64,000 nt of DNA from Bacteriovoracaceae bacterium (GTDB lineage Bacteria > Bdellovibrionota > Bacteriovoracia > Bacteriovoracales > Bacteriovoracaceae): assembly GCA_041586955.1 (NCBI GenBank), contig JBFGZE010000001.1, forward strand, positions 46,494 through 110,493, written 5' to 3'. Positions 38,536 to 48,949 of the stretch are shown here, in pieces. The notes under the pieces are model-generated. The model was not told where the DNA came from. It did not search any database and saw only the letters and a program-made list of their open reading frames with translations. Numbering within the stretch: position 1 is the first letter of the stretch; the number at the start of each line of letters is the position of its first letter. The position numbers were made by a program, and so were the translations under genes.

Positions 38536-39875
38536 TGGTCACCGATCCCCCTAAAAAACCCATTCATCAGCGTTTTGATATCATTTTAAATTTAGAAAAA
38601 TGGGCCCTCTGGGTCTGTCTTTTTCTGGTTTATTTAATTCCTTTTTCTAAGATTTCTTTTAAAGTCTTGAAAATCATTCCGAGCGACCTGTCTCCTTTTA
38701 TTTTTCAATACGGGATTCATCCCTATATTAATTTTGCCGCCCAAGGGTTGGCCTTTCCCCTACTTTTTCATGTTTGGTTGCACTCCCGCAATACAGGTCA
38801 TTTCAGTCCCTATTATCGCTCCTTTATTTTTTTTCTCATGGCGCTCCTTTCTCTACAAACCTTTTTACAAATCACTCTGGTTCATATCGATCAACCCTTT
38901 ATGATGCAGATGGCAGGATTAGGAATGGGCCTACTGCTCATCATCATTTACGGTCTTTTCATTCCAGGAATCTTGGGCCCAAAATTATTTTGGCGCCACC
39001 TCACCATTAGTTGTGGCACCTTGGTGATTCTTTCCATCGTTTTATTTCCGATTTTTGGTTCTAATATGTATCGTGGCGGGAGGTTTATAGGGCTATTTAA
39101 GCATATTCCGCATATGGTCTCAGCATCGACATTTGCTTTTATTGGTCTTTTTCCCCAAATATTTGATGACCAGTCCATTAAGTGGAAAAAGAAAATTGTC
39201 CTCATTATTTTATGGACACTCATTGGTCTTGTTGTTTTTATGACGGCCACAAAGGCAGCTATTATTACGATCTGTATCGCCACCTGTATTGGTGTGTGGA
39301 AATTAGAAAGCAGGATTAAGGCGATTAAACTATTTCGCTTCGCCTTTAGTTTTCTCCTGATACTTGGTCTTTTTACCCTTGGTCCTATGGCGGGGAAGGT
39401 GATGGTTGAAGTGGCCACAGGTCAACGACAATTGGGAGACCGACCGGCCCAAGATGGAGTCTCTGAGCGAATTAAGGAAATTACTCGCGGATGGAGTTAT
39501 TTTAAAGAAAATCCATGGATTGGAAAAGGCCTCATGTTTAAATTTATGAACACTGATGGGGTGGAATTATCGCATTACAATTCTTATAAGGATCCACATA
39601 ACTTTTTTGTATCTGCCGCCGTTATCGGAGGCCGGCCACTCCTCTGTTTTTCATTGATCGCCTATCTTATGATGATTCTTGTCACTATAAAATCCTTAAT
39701 CAAAAAAGAACCTCATCAATTGACGAGTACTATCTTTTTAGTCGCCCATTTACCTGTGTTTCTTATTTATCATCAACATTTTTCATTAGGAGGGATTGGT
39801 GATCGAGTCTATTGGAGCATTTTCGGTCTCCTTGCTCTTAGTCAGGGGCCATTATTTAAGCAGGAGACTTTCTAA
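38532..39875 (+). CDS. O-antigen ligase/Wzy polymerase family membrane protein
   Basis: About 12 TM helices; RFIGLF.H, TATKAA, ER...NPWIGKG, DPHN. Confidence 0.82.
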   Translation: MMVTDPPKKPIHQRFDIILNLEKWALWVCLFLVYLIPFSKISFKVLKIIPSDLSPFIFQYGIHPYINFAAQGLAFPLLFHVWLHSRNTGHFSPYYRSFIFFLMALLSLQTFLQITLVHIDQPFMMQMAGLGMGLLLIIIYGLFIPGILGPKLFWRHLTISCGTLVILSIVLFPIFGSNMYRGGRFIGLFKHIPHMVSASTFAFIGLFPQIFDDQSIKWKKKIVLIILWTLIGLVVFMTATKAAIITICIATCIGVWKLESRIKAIKLFRFAFSFLLILGLFTLGPMAGKVMVEVATGQRQLGDRPAQDGVSERIKEITRGWSYFKENPWIGKGLMFKFMNTDGVELSHYNSYKDPHNFFVSAAVIGGRPLLCFSLIAYLMMILVTIKSLIKKEPHQLTSTIFLVAHLPVFLIYHQHFSLGGIGDRVYWSIFGLLALSQGPLFKQETF

Positions 39876-39919
39876 AAATAGGGATTTATGTTAAAAGCCA
39901 TGGCAAAAGGGAGAATGTC

Positions 39920-40012
39920 ATGATCAAGTCCTCAAAAATAAAACGCATTGACCTTGTTATCCTGACCTTAATTGCCATTATTATCTTCTTAGCACCAACC
40001 ATTCAACGCTAG
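39920..40012 (+). CDS. 30-aa membrane peptide (not in the ORF track)
   Basis: GGGAG SD 6 nt upstream; MIKSSKIKRIDLVILTLIAIIIFLAPTIQR-TAG. Confidence 0.45.
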   Translation: MIKSSKIKRIDLVILTLIAIIIFLAPTIQR

Positions 40013-40014
40013 CC

Positions 40015-42444
40015 CTAAGATAATAAGGCCGTTCCCTCATTAATCTGAGTTTCATTGGTCGTAGGAATAGGTAATACTTCATTATCGAAATCATCTATAA
40101 AATCAGAAGATGGATGTGACCTCTGTGTAAAATCTTTAAAGCGGATTTGGCCATCTTCAAGCGATTTCCCTATTCCTGTATTGAGCTGCTTAAAATCTGT
40201 GACCATGGTCTTTAGGCCATAAATAATTTCATTCTCATTTTGCTCTCCATGATTATTCAATTCCTTGACCTGCCCCTGGCAATACTCAAAAAATTCTTTA
40301 TGATGAAGCAATCCTTTTTTAACATTATCAAAATCAGGGCGATCAACAGCATCCAAGATAAGCTGAACCTTAGACAAACCGACATCGAGATTGCGAGATA
40401 ATTTACCTAATTGATGTAATTCATTCTCTAGATTTTTGATTTCAGTTTTAATCTTACCCAGGCCTCGTTCGGCCCTTTCATTTATATTTTCCCGCTTAAG
40501 AAAAATAATACTTTGTTCTAATGCCTGTGCTATTTTGATTCGTGTATCTTCGATTTGGCCTTTAAATGTTTTAAAGTTTTCTCGTATCGCTGTGACGTTC
40601 TGAAAAGCTTTTGCTCCATCATGAATGGTATCAGCGTTCTTTTCACACGAAATGAGAATAGATTCCTCAGTATGGATAATTTGTGATAAATGATCTAAAC
40701 ATTCATTCATCATATCCTCTAGTCCATATCGAACTTCGAATCCCTTAATAAGTGAATTTCGAGTTGCCGCGAAATGATTTTCAATTGTTTTTGCCAATTG
40801 GACCTGATCCGACATCGCGCGACACCCATCGTCGTTATTTTTTATTTCATCCATCAAAATGCCCTCTAGTGAATCAACATCATTCATTAATTGCATTTTT
40901 TGTTTTTCAACATATGAATAGAAATCTTTAAATTGTTCTAAAACCTCGGTAATGCCTGCAATATCAAAATCTTTTTCAATCTTGCTTAAAAATTCTGCAT
41001 CGACCTGATTAGCAGAGAGTGCTTTTAATGTTCTGGAGATTGGCCCAATAATCGATCTCGTTTGATTAGAAATGGTCTCTTCCAATGAGCGCAAGGGATA
41101 AAAGAAAACCATAATTCGCGATTGTTCAGCATACTCGACAGGTGAAACATACATTTCAAATGGAAATGCATCCTCCCCTTCATAACGGACCTGAATTTGG
41201 TAAATACCAGCAATTCCCTCTTTTAATGCCATCATGACAGGGTCATCTTCACCGAGATTGGTAAATTGCTGAAGGTAATCCCAGCTAATACTGTGATCCC
41301 CTTCTCGACCTTTTAATTTCCAATGCTCATAAAATAAAGGGTTTGCCCAAACTAAATTAAGATTGGAGTCTAATAAGAGACTTGAAAATGGCACGGCCTC
41401 TTGAAAAATACTCCCAAAACTCATTCTCTTGTGAACATATTGTCTTAATTTATCAAATTCATTATTAAAACTTTCTGAAAATGGCATTTCTTTATTCGAC
41501 TTAACGGGAATCAGATCTTGTTTAATTAAGTCCGTGGCCATTTTTTCGAAACGCTGCCTATTACCTTTAGAATTGCGTATATATAAATATCTTAGTGCAA
41601 AAAGGAAAAGCAAATTAACAAGTAGGCCAATACAAAGCGACCAGAATATTTTCAATGAGCGGTTTTGAATATTTAATTTTTCTAAAACGATGGCAGGACT
41701 AACTTCTTTTAGCCATAAAGAAAAACTTTCTTTCCATGTCATATAATTATTGCCAATACCCCTTGCGCTGGATAGATACTCCCGGATCATCGCAACTTCT
41801 GTTTGAAAGGCCTTAATTTTTTTTATAATTTCATTTTTATCATTATCATTCAGGATAGATGAGATGGTAACTTGCTCCATTACCTTAATATCTTTTTCAA
41901 TAGAATTAAAATTATTACGCAGGCGCGATAGTTTAAAAGTATTAAATCCCGAAATACGAGCAGGAGTCATTTTTGCTTTTATTCGACGAGACATTCTCGT
42001 TAGTGTTTTCCAATTATTTTTATATACAAAACTATAGAAGGCATTAATTTTATTATTGAGGACAATAAACATCGATCTTATTTCTGGCATTGAAATTAGA
42101 TCTGATAAACTTTTTCTAAGTTCCAAAGAGTGCTTTTCATAATCATCATATGAATCCACTTTAAGAGAATGATGAATTTTATCCACATCTCTTTTGACCA
42201 TATCGAGATTTTTTACAGTATCGCGAATTCGTCCTTTAGATATGAGGTGCCGGATATTTTCAATCCGTTCACCATCTTTTAATTTCTCAAGTTCGTAGTT
42301 GGCCTCAAAAATAGATACCATACCGTTCCCATCAGTCATCCCATTCGAATAAAACTCATACCCTAGGTAACCAAGAAAAGCTGTAAGCAATAAGTTTGTT
42401 GCGAAAGCAAAAATGTATAGTGGTTTTCCCCAATTAAATGTCAT
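40015..42444 (-). CDS. large membrane protein: 2 TM helices, periplasmic helical domain, PAS-like segment, long coiled coil
   Basis: Hydropathy pattern; LLLDSNLNLVWANPLF PAS-like start; GAGGAG SD before ATG 42444. Confidence 0.75.
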   Translation of the reverse strand: MTFNWGKPLYIFAFATNLLLTAFLGYLGYEFYSNGMTDGNGMVSIFEANYELEKLKDGERIENIRHLISKGRIRDTVKNLDMVKRDVDKIHHSLKVDSYDDYEKHSLELRKSLSDLISMPEIRSMFIVLNNKINAFYSFVYKNNWKTLTRMSRRIKAKMTPARISGFNTFKLSRLRNNFNSIEKDIKVMEQVTISSILNDNDKNEIIKKIKAFQTEVAMIREYLSSARGIGNNYMTWKESFSLWLKEVSPAIVLEKLNIQNRSLKIFWSLCIGLLVNLLFLFALRYLYIRNSKGNRQRFEKMATDLIKQDLIPVKSNKEMPFSESFNNEFDKLRQYVHKRMSFGSIFQEAVPFSSLLLDSNLNLVWANPLFYEHWKLKGREGDHSISWDYLQQFTNLGEDDPVMMALKEGIAGIYQIQVRYEGEDAFPFEMYVSPVEYAEQSRIMVFFYPLRSLEETISNQTRSIIGPISRTLKALSANQVDAEFLSKIEKDFDIAGITEVLEQFKDFYSYVEKQKMQLMNDVDSLEGILMDEIKNNDDGCRAMSDQVQLAKTIENHFAATRNSLIKGFEVRYGLEDMMNECLDHLSQIIHTEESILISCEKNADTIHDGAKAFQNVTAIRENFKTFKGQIEDTRIKIAQALEQSIIFLKRENINERAERGLGKIKTEIKNLENELHQLGKLSRNLDVGLSKVQLILDAVDRPDFDNVKKGLLHHKEFFEYCQGQVKELNNHGEQNENEIIYGLKTMVTDFKQLNTGIGKSLEDGQIRFKDFTQRSHPSSDFIDDFDNEVLPIPTTNETQINEGTALLS

Positions 42445-42588
42445 TGGAAATCTCCTCATCAATGGAAAATGAAATAGAATTTAAAGTAATAATAGCGAAC
42501 CTCGTGTTCAATCCAGACTTAGTCTCATCCTTGAGACCCGTAGATATTGCCTACCATTATTATGAATCAATACCGAAAATTTTGAAAG

Positions 42589-42611
42589 AAAAAAGGGGAC
42601 AAAAGTCCCCT
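42589..42611 (-). terminator. intrinsic terminator after fliA
   Basis: AGGGGAC-N4-GTCCCCT followed by a U-tract on the - strand. Confidence 0.8.
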
Positions 42612-42639
42612 ACAAAATGATACTTATTTAGATTTTAAA

Positions 42640-43425
42640 CTATGATGCCATGTCTTCAGGAATATCAAATACACCTTTAAGCTTCGTTCTTAATTTAAAA
42701 ATTGCTTGAGTATGTAATTGAGAAACACGAGATTCTGTCACATCTAAAACCTGACCAATTTCTTTTAAGTTCAAATCCTCATAGTAGTAAAGAGAGAGAA
42801 CGAGTCTTTGCTTTTCAGGCAGGGCCATAATTCCTTCTTTTATTTTATCGCGAATATTTTTATGAGAAACGGCCGCTGCCGGGTTAGAAAGACGGTCCTC
42901 TTCCATTAAACCGGCCATCAACTTTTTATCCCCGCGATTAAAAGATGCTGAATCATCGATATTGAGTAAAGACACAGATTTGGCCTTATTAAGCATATCG
43001 TGAAATTCTGCTTGGGTAACACTCAGTTCAACGCACATCTCTTCTTCAGTCGCAGGACGACCTAAGCTAGACTCAAGCTTGGCATAAGCTCTCTCAATCG
43101 CCTTTGCCTTTTCTCTTACTGAGCGCGGAACCCAATCTTGGGCCCTTAATTCATCAAGAATAGAGCCTCGAATTCTAAATTCTGCGTATGTTTTAAATTT
43201 ATTATCTCGAGTGGGGTCAAATTTCTCAATCGCGTCCATAAGACCAATAACACCACATGAGATAAGATCATCAATTTCAATGTTGGCGGGTAGACGTGAG
43301 GCTATTTTTTGAGCGATATAGCGAATAAGGGGCGCGTATTCGATGATAATCTCGTCTTTTACTTTTGGGTCTACTGTCGAACGATAATCTTTTAAATTCT
43401 TTAACTTTTTTGAGAGAGAAGACAT
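42640..43425 (-). CDS. fliA: flagellar sigma factor sigma28
   Basis: FKTYAEFRIRGSILDELRAQDWVPRS, LNLKEIGQVLDVTESRVSQLH. Confidence 0.97.
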   Translation of the reverse strand: MSSLSKKLKNLKDYRSTVDPKVKDEIIIEYAPLIRYIAQKIASRLPANIEIDDLISCGVIGLMDAIEKFDPTRDNKFKTYAEFRIRGSILDELRAQDWVPRSVREKAKAIERAYAKLESSLGRPATEEEMCVELSVTQAEFHDMLNKAKSVSLLNIDDSASFNRGDKKLMAGLMEEDRLSNPAAAVSHKNIRDKIKEGIMALPEKQRLVLSLYYYEDLNLKEIGQVLDVTESRVSQLHTQAIFKLRTKLKGVFDIPEDMAS

Positions 43426-43440
43426 CAAGCACTCCTTAGC

Positions 43441-44343
43441 TTAGAGAACCTCAGATTCCTTTGAGGTTTTTAATTGAGATTGCCGCCAATTCCATATTGA
43501 GGATTGAGGCATAGTACTGATATCTTCTTCGACAAATTTTTTGACAATTTGAGAAAATTCTACAGAAATTGGATGGGAGGAATTATTTTCCAATACCCTA
43601 TCAAATTCATCAACATTATTCTTATCGTGAATGACACTCCCTAAAAAAGATAGACGGGCACTTAAAAAGCGATCGACCGTATCGCTTATAGAGTTCACAA
43701 TCCTCTCTTTTTGCTTATCGTGTGAAATTTTATTAAGAAGAATATGAAAATTATTAGTGCCAAAATTTTTGGATAATATTTTCATTAAGCTATAGCTATC
43801 GGTAATTGATGATTTCTCTGGTGTAACAATGACAAATCGCAGGTCAGCATAAGCACAAAGTCCTAAGGTTTTTTTCTGAACCCCTGCTGGACAATCAAGA
43901 ATAATATAATCATATTTTCTTTCATTTTTGATAATGACATCAATTATGAGTTGATCCAATTTTAGATCATTATTAAACATATCGAGACTACCATTGCAGC
44001 TCGTCAGAAGGTGAAAATTCCCTTCCTTATATACGCAATCTTCAAACTTCTTATTTTGAGTGGCAAAATTATAAAAATCGTTATTAAGAGGTAGACCTAG
44101 CTTGACAGCGGTATTCGACAGGTTAAAGTCACAATCAACTAATAGCGTTTTAAAACCATTATTGGCCAAGTTTTTTGCTAATAAAATTGACGATGTCGTT
44201 TTTCCAACACCACCCTTACCACTTGAAACACTAATCGTCGTCGCTTTACGACTTCCTATATTGGTTTGATAATGGACAGACTCAAGAGAATTTTCGTACT
44301 TATTTTGTGATAAGAGCCATTCTGTGCTCGACAACTTCGACAT
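43441..44343 (-). CDS. flhG: MinD-like flagellar number regulator
   Basis: SGKGGVGKTT, DCD, DCPAG, TPEKSSITDSY; lies between flhF and fliA. Confidence 0.88.
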   Translation of the reverse strand: MSKLSSTEWLLSQNKYENSLESVHYQTNIGSRKATTISVSSGKGGVGKTTSSILLAKNLANNGFKTLLVDCDFNLSNTAVKLGLPLNNDFYNFATQNKKFEDCVYKEGNFHLLTSCNGSLDMFNNDLKLDQLIIDVIIKNERKYDYIILDCPAGVQKKTLGLCAYADLRFVIVTPEKSSITDSYSLMKILSKNFGTNNFHILLNKISHDKQKERIVNSISDTVDRFLSARLSFLGSVIHDKNNVDEFDRVLENNSSHPISVEFSQIVKKFVEEDISTMPQSSIWNWRQSQLKTSKESEVL

Positions 44344-44377
44344 CCTGTCTCGTTCCTTTTTGCAGAGATAAATTTAA

Positions 44378-45769
44378 TTAAAACTGAAATATACCTGCTA
44401 AAATCCTTTCAGCAGTGGCCGTTTCAATATCGTCTGGAATCGCCTTACCGGTACTATAAAACATGAATGGAAGGTTTTCATATTCCCACGATAAATTAAA
44501 CAATGAACCATAATTTAAACATAAGTCTAAATGTGTAACCACAATCCCCCTACTAAGTGGGGCATAGCGATTAATCACTTTTTTATTATACAATTCAGAA
44601 CAAATTGAAGAAAGACAGATCAATACTTCCACATTTTGAAAAGAGCGGTTTAACCCATCAATAAAACGTTTCGTATTTTCCATATCATTTTGATTACAAT
44701 TAAAATCAACAAAGATCTGCTTTCCTGCTTCAATTCCCTTGCGAATCATTGAAACCAATTCTGAAATAGTATTTCCTTTTTCGATTTTAATATCAAAAAA
44801 GTTCTTTAATCCTTTGTAATCATTTTCTTCACCGTTGTGAATAACGATACAATCTTTCTTCATCGCCGCAATTTTCTTTATGATACTCGATTGACCAGAT
44901 GACGACTCTGATAGAAATACCGTTACAATAGGACTTTCAGATTCCATTGTCGAAAACTGAGGCATGGCCAAATGAATACTTTCCATCATTTCTTTTAAAC
45001 CAAACTCAAATACCTCATCCGCATTTTCTAACTGATTTTCATTTAGTTCATAAGAGCATTTTTTCATTAAAAATTGTAAGAATTGATCATTAATATCAAA
45101 GCTTTTTAATGTTGATTTTAATTGAAACAAACCTTTCGGCTCAGGACGGCTAAAGGCTTCCATTTTTTGGGTTAAAGAAAAAATCTTCTGCTCGAGAAGG
45201 TCAATTTTTTCGAGATGAGAATTATCTGGGCGAGTAAACGTGTCATTCGCCACTTTGTCTTCTAATTGATAGTTTTGATGGGGTGGTTCCGCAGTCTCAA
45301 GCACTGCCTCTTGCCGATGATAGTTGCTTGCTTCAACCTTCTCCTCAGGTCCAAGAAAATCATCTAATTGGCTCTGTCCCATGACATCAGAAGCCTGTTC
45401 TTGCATATCATTTCTTTTGACAGGCCTATTAAGCCCCATTTTTCCGTAATCATTATTGGATGCTGTAAAGCGAGAGGTTTTCTCATCCTGATGTTGGTGA
45501 TAATTATCAATCATATTTGAAATAAAATTCGATGAGCCTGAGTAAAACTCATCCTTTTGACCATTATCCAATATCGCGTCGACTTTTGCTTTTTTAGTGT
45601 AGTTCTTCTCAGAAATAGCAGCCGTGATTTCAATCCGATTTTTTTTAAATGCACCCTTAATGCCTTTATTAGAAACAGTTTTAAGGATAATAGCATCAGG
45701 ACCCAATTCTTGCTTTATCGCCTTGAGCGCCTCTTCCATGGAATCTGCTTCAAATTTTCTTACATACAT
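44378..45769 (-). CDS. flhF: FlhF orthologue with degenerate GTPase motifs
   Basis: N-terminus MYVRKFEADSMEEALKAIKQELGPDAIIL; C-terminal STGKAIPDDI; synteny flhA-flhF-flhG. Confidence 0.88.
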   Translation of the reverse strand: MYVRKFEADSMEEALKAIKQELGPDAIILKTVSNKGIKGAFKKNRIEITAAISEKNYTKKAKVDAILDNGQKDEFYSGSSNFISNMIDNYHQHQDEKTSRFTASNNDYGKMGLNRPVKRNDMQEQASDVMGQSQLDDFLGPEEKVEASNYHRQEAVLETAEPPHQNYQLEDKVANDTFTRPDNSHLEKIDLLEQKIFSLTQKMEAFSRPEPKGLFQLKSTLKSFDINDQFLQFLMKKCSYELNENQLENADEVFEFGLKEMMESIHLAMPQFSTMESESPIVTVFLSESSSGQSSIIKKIAAMKKDCIVIHNGEENDYKGLKNFFDIKIEKGNTISELVSMIRKGIEAGKQIFVDFNCNQNDMENTKRFIDGLNRSFQNVEVLICLSSICSELYNKKVINRYAPLSRGIVVTHLDLCLNYGSLFNLSWEYENLPFMFYSTGKAIPDDIETATAERILAGIFQF

Positions 45770-45770
45770 A

Positions 45771-47846
45771 CTATAGCCTCACCGTTCCTAGAGATCTAAT
45801 ATTAGATTCAGGACTTAATTCATTATGACTTACAACAACAAGATTGGGGATAAATTTTTCTGTCAACTTCTTAAAATGACTTCGAATGACCGGAGAACAC
45901 AAGATCACCATCTTCTCACCAATACTTGTAGCTTCTTCAATTTTTTCATTCAGAGACGCTAAAATAGACTGGGTTACCTTGGGATCAAGTGATAACTCCT
46001 GCCCCTTTTCTGTTTGAATAAGGTTTTGAGCAATAGACTCCTCAATGGCACGATCAAGAGTAAATAGAGGAATATCATTTCGCTCACCCTTGATACTTTC
46101 AGTAATAGTTCTATATAAGGACTGTCTGACTAATTCCGTCAACGTGTCAGGGTCTTTAATAGAAGGACCGTATTCCGCCAATGTCTCTAAAACAGTTCGC
46201 AAATCGCGAACTGAGACATTTTCTTTTAAAAGGTTCTGTAATACTTTTAAAACCTGCCCCATGGTTAAAATATCAGGCACAAGATCTGAAACAATTTTAG
46301 GATTATCCTCTTTAAAATTGTCCATTACACGTACTAACTCCTGACGCCCAAATAGCTCATGAAGATTTGATTTGAGGACTTCTGTGATATGCGTCGCGAT
46401 CACAGTAGATAAATCGACCACAGTATAACCATTATACTGAGCATCTTCTTTTTGATCCTCCGATATCCAGACCGCCGGAAGCCCAAACACTGGCTCGACA
46501 GTTTCGATTCCATCGATTTTTTCAATAACTGAGCCAGGATCCATGGCCATAAGATGATCTGTCATCAATTCACCATTTGAAATTTCAATGCCTTTTATTT
46601 TAATACTATATCCACCAGGCCTTAATTCTAAATTATCTTTAATTCTAACAGATGGGATAATAACACCCCAATCTAAAGCAAACTGCTTTCTTATATGAGT
46701 TATTCGCTCAAGTAAGTCTCCATTTTGATCTGTATCAACTAAGTTGACCAGGCCATAGCCCACTTCTAGCTCTACTAATTCTAAAGATAATAAATCTTCG
46801 AGATTCTCAGGTTTGGCATTCTTAGCATCCTCAACCTTTTTAACAGCACTTTCTTTATCGTGAGTGTTAATTGCCTCAATCTTATAGGCAGCTGCCGATA
46901 AAATAACTCCCATCGTAATAAAAGGGTACTTGGGTAGACCAGGAATCATAGAAAAGACAAAAAGAATAGCTCCGGCCATATACATCGCTTTAGGATGTAA
47001 CCTAAATTGTTTACCAACTTGCTCTCCCAGAGCATCGTCATTTGTATTTCTTGTGGCGATGACACCAGCTGCCGTGGAAATAATAAGAGCGGGGATTTGA
47101 GAAATTAGTCCATCCCCGACTGTTAAAAGAGTAAATGTTTCAGCAGCGGTTGATAAATCCATATCATTTTGGACAACCCCAACAATGATACCGCCAATAA
47201 TATTAGTAATTGTAATAAGAATACCTGCAATGGCATCTCCACGAACAAACTTACTGGCACCATCCATCGAACCGTAAAAGTCAGCTTCAGCTGAAACTTC
47301 ACGTCTTCTTATTTTCGCCTCACTTTCATCAATGAGACCTGCATTTAAATCAGCATCAATCGCCATTTGTTTACCAGGCATCGCATCCAAGGTAAAACGT
47401 GCAGCAACTTCAGCGACTCGACCAGCACCTTTTGTAATAACCATAAAGTTAATGATGACGAGAATAATAAATACGATAATACCAACGACATAATTCCCTT
47501 CAACCACAAACTCACCAAAGCTGCGGATAATATCCCCTGCTGCTTGAGTACCGTCTGTTCCTCCTCGTAAAAGGATGTTCCGCGTAGATGCAACATTAAG
47601 AGATAACCTGAATAATGTTGTAATCAAAAGAACTGATGGAAAAGTTGAGAAATCCAATGGACGCTTGGTATAGACAGAAATGAGAAGAATAACCACAGAG
47701 ACCGATAACATCAAGGCCAAAAGAAAGTCGAGCAGCATTGGAGGAATGGGCGTAATCATGACACCAACAACCATCAACAAGGCGATTGTGACGGCCAAAT
47801 CCGAATTGGATGTTAATGTTTTCATACGCTCTAAAATATTAGCCAT
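45771..47846 (-). CDS. flhA: flagellar export gate protein
   Basis: RVAEVAARFTLDAMPGKQMAIDADL, FYGSMDGASKFVRGD. Confidence 0.98.
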   Translation of the reverse strand: MANILERMKTLTSNSDLAVTIALLMVVGVMITPIPPMLLDFLLALMLSVSVVILLISVYTKRPLDFSTFPSVLLITTLFRLSLNVASTRNILLRGGTDGTQAAGDIIRSFGEFVVEGNYVVGIIVFIILVIINFMVITKGAGRVAEVAARFTLDAMPGKQMAIDADLNAGLIDESEAKIRRREVSAEADFYGSMDGASKFVRGDAIAGILITITNIIGGIIVGVVQNDMDLSTAAETFTLLTVGDGLISQIPALIISTAAGVIATRNTNDDALGEQVGKQFRLHPKAMYMAGAILFVFSMIPGLPKYPFITMGVILSAAAYKIEAINTHDKESAVKKVEDAKNAKPENLEDLLSLELVELEVGYGLVNLVDTDQNGDLLERITHIRKQFALDWGVIIPSVRIKDNLELRPGGYSIKIKGIEISNGELMTDHLMAMDPGSVIEKIDGIETVEPVFGLPAVWISEDQKEDAQYNGYTVVDLSTVIATHITEVLKSNLHELFGRQELVRVMDNFKEDNPKIVSDLVPDILTMGQVLKVLQNLLKENVSVRDLRTVLETLAEYGPSIKDPDTLTELVRQSLYRTITESIKGERNDIPLFTLDRAIEESIAQNLIQTEKGQELSLDPKVTQSILASLNEKIEEATSIGEKMVILCSPVIRSHFKKLTEKFIPNLVVVSHNELSPESNIRSLGTVRL

Positions 47847-48942
47847 TTATATTCCTTCCATCTAATAAATTTTCTTTCCGCTTTCTGCGTAAACGATAAA
47901 CAAACGCCAAGACCTCGGCGACGGCCTTATAGAGGTTACGAGGCACAGGCTCGCCAATCTTTACCGTTTTATACATGGCACGTGCCAAAGGAACATTTTC
48001 AACGAGTGGAATATTATGCTCTTGTGCCATTTCTCTAATTTTTAAAGCGACATTATCCTTGCCCTTGGCCACAACCTGAGGCGAGACCATAGTTAATGTA
48101 TCGTACTTGAGTGCAACGGAGATATGGGTTGGATTGGTAACAATAACATCTGCAGTCGGAACATCTGCCATCATTCGTTTTTGCGACATTTCTCTTTGAA
48201 TAGCGCGAATTCTCTGCTTGATTTCAGGATTACCATCTTGCTCTTTTGATTCTTTTTTAACCTCTTCCTTTGTCATCATTAGTTTTTTTCGATAACTAAA
48301 TTTCTGGTAAGCAAAGTCTCCTAAGGCGACGACCACCAACCCAATGACAATATAAATGGCCAATTTGATCAGAATATCTTTTCCATGAAAAAAAGATGAC
48401 ACTAAATCAGAGTGAAAGAATCCTTGGTAGCTATTGAGTTCATCACTAACGAAGAAATAAACAATACACATAATGATGGCAAATTTAAAAATCCCCTTCA
48501 CTGCTTCAAATAAAGAGCGTAGCGAAAATAATCTCTTGAACCCTGCAATAGGGTTAATTCTTTCAGGTTTCCAATTGAGTACCTCAGGAGAAAAGAGGAA
48601 TCCTACTTGAGCAAGATTAGAAATAACACCAACACTGGCCGTGACAATAAAAATTGGCGCGGCACATTTAAGCATCACAGTTGAAGAGCGATAAACGAGT
48701 GTTTTAAAGCCCTTTTCAGTAAAGGCCTGCTCGGCCTTCAAAGTCAAAATCCAATCCAAAAAAGCAGTCATTTCTTCGTAAATATAAACAATTGAAAGTG
48801 CTAGCGTAAGAATTGACGCGGCCAAGACAAGAACACTTGTCAACTCTTTTGAAGAAGCGACTTCACCCTTTTTACGGGACTCATCAATACGATGAGCGGT
48901 CGGTTCTTCTGTTTTTTCTTGGTCGGAACTTTCGTCTGCCAT
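47839..48942 (-). CDS. flhB: flagellar export switch protein
   Basis: EKTEEPT, NPTH autocleavage motif, ENVPLAR. Confidence 0.98.
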   Translation of the reverse strand: MADESSDQEKTEEPTAHRIDESRKKGEVASSKELTSVLVLAASILTLALSIVYIYEEMTAFLDWILTLKAEQAFTEKGFKTLVYRSSTVMLKCAAPIFIVTASVGVISNLAQVGFLFSPEVLNWKPERINPIAGFKRLFSLRSLFEAVKGIFKFAIIMCIVYFFVSDELNSYQGFFHSDLVSSFFHGKDILIKLAIYIVIGLVVVALGDFAYQKFSYRKKLMMTKEEVKKESKEQDGNPEIKQRIRAIQREMSQKRMMADVPTADVIVTNPTHISVALKYDTLTMVSPQVVAKGKDNVALKIREMAQEHNIPLVENVPLARAMYKTVKIGEPVPRNLYKAVAEVLAFVYRLRRKRKENLLDGRNING

Positions 48943-48949
48943 TTAATCC

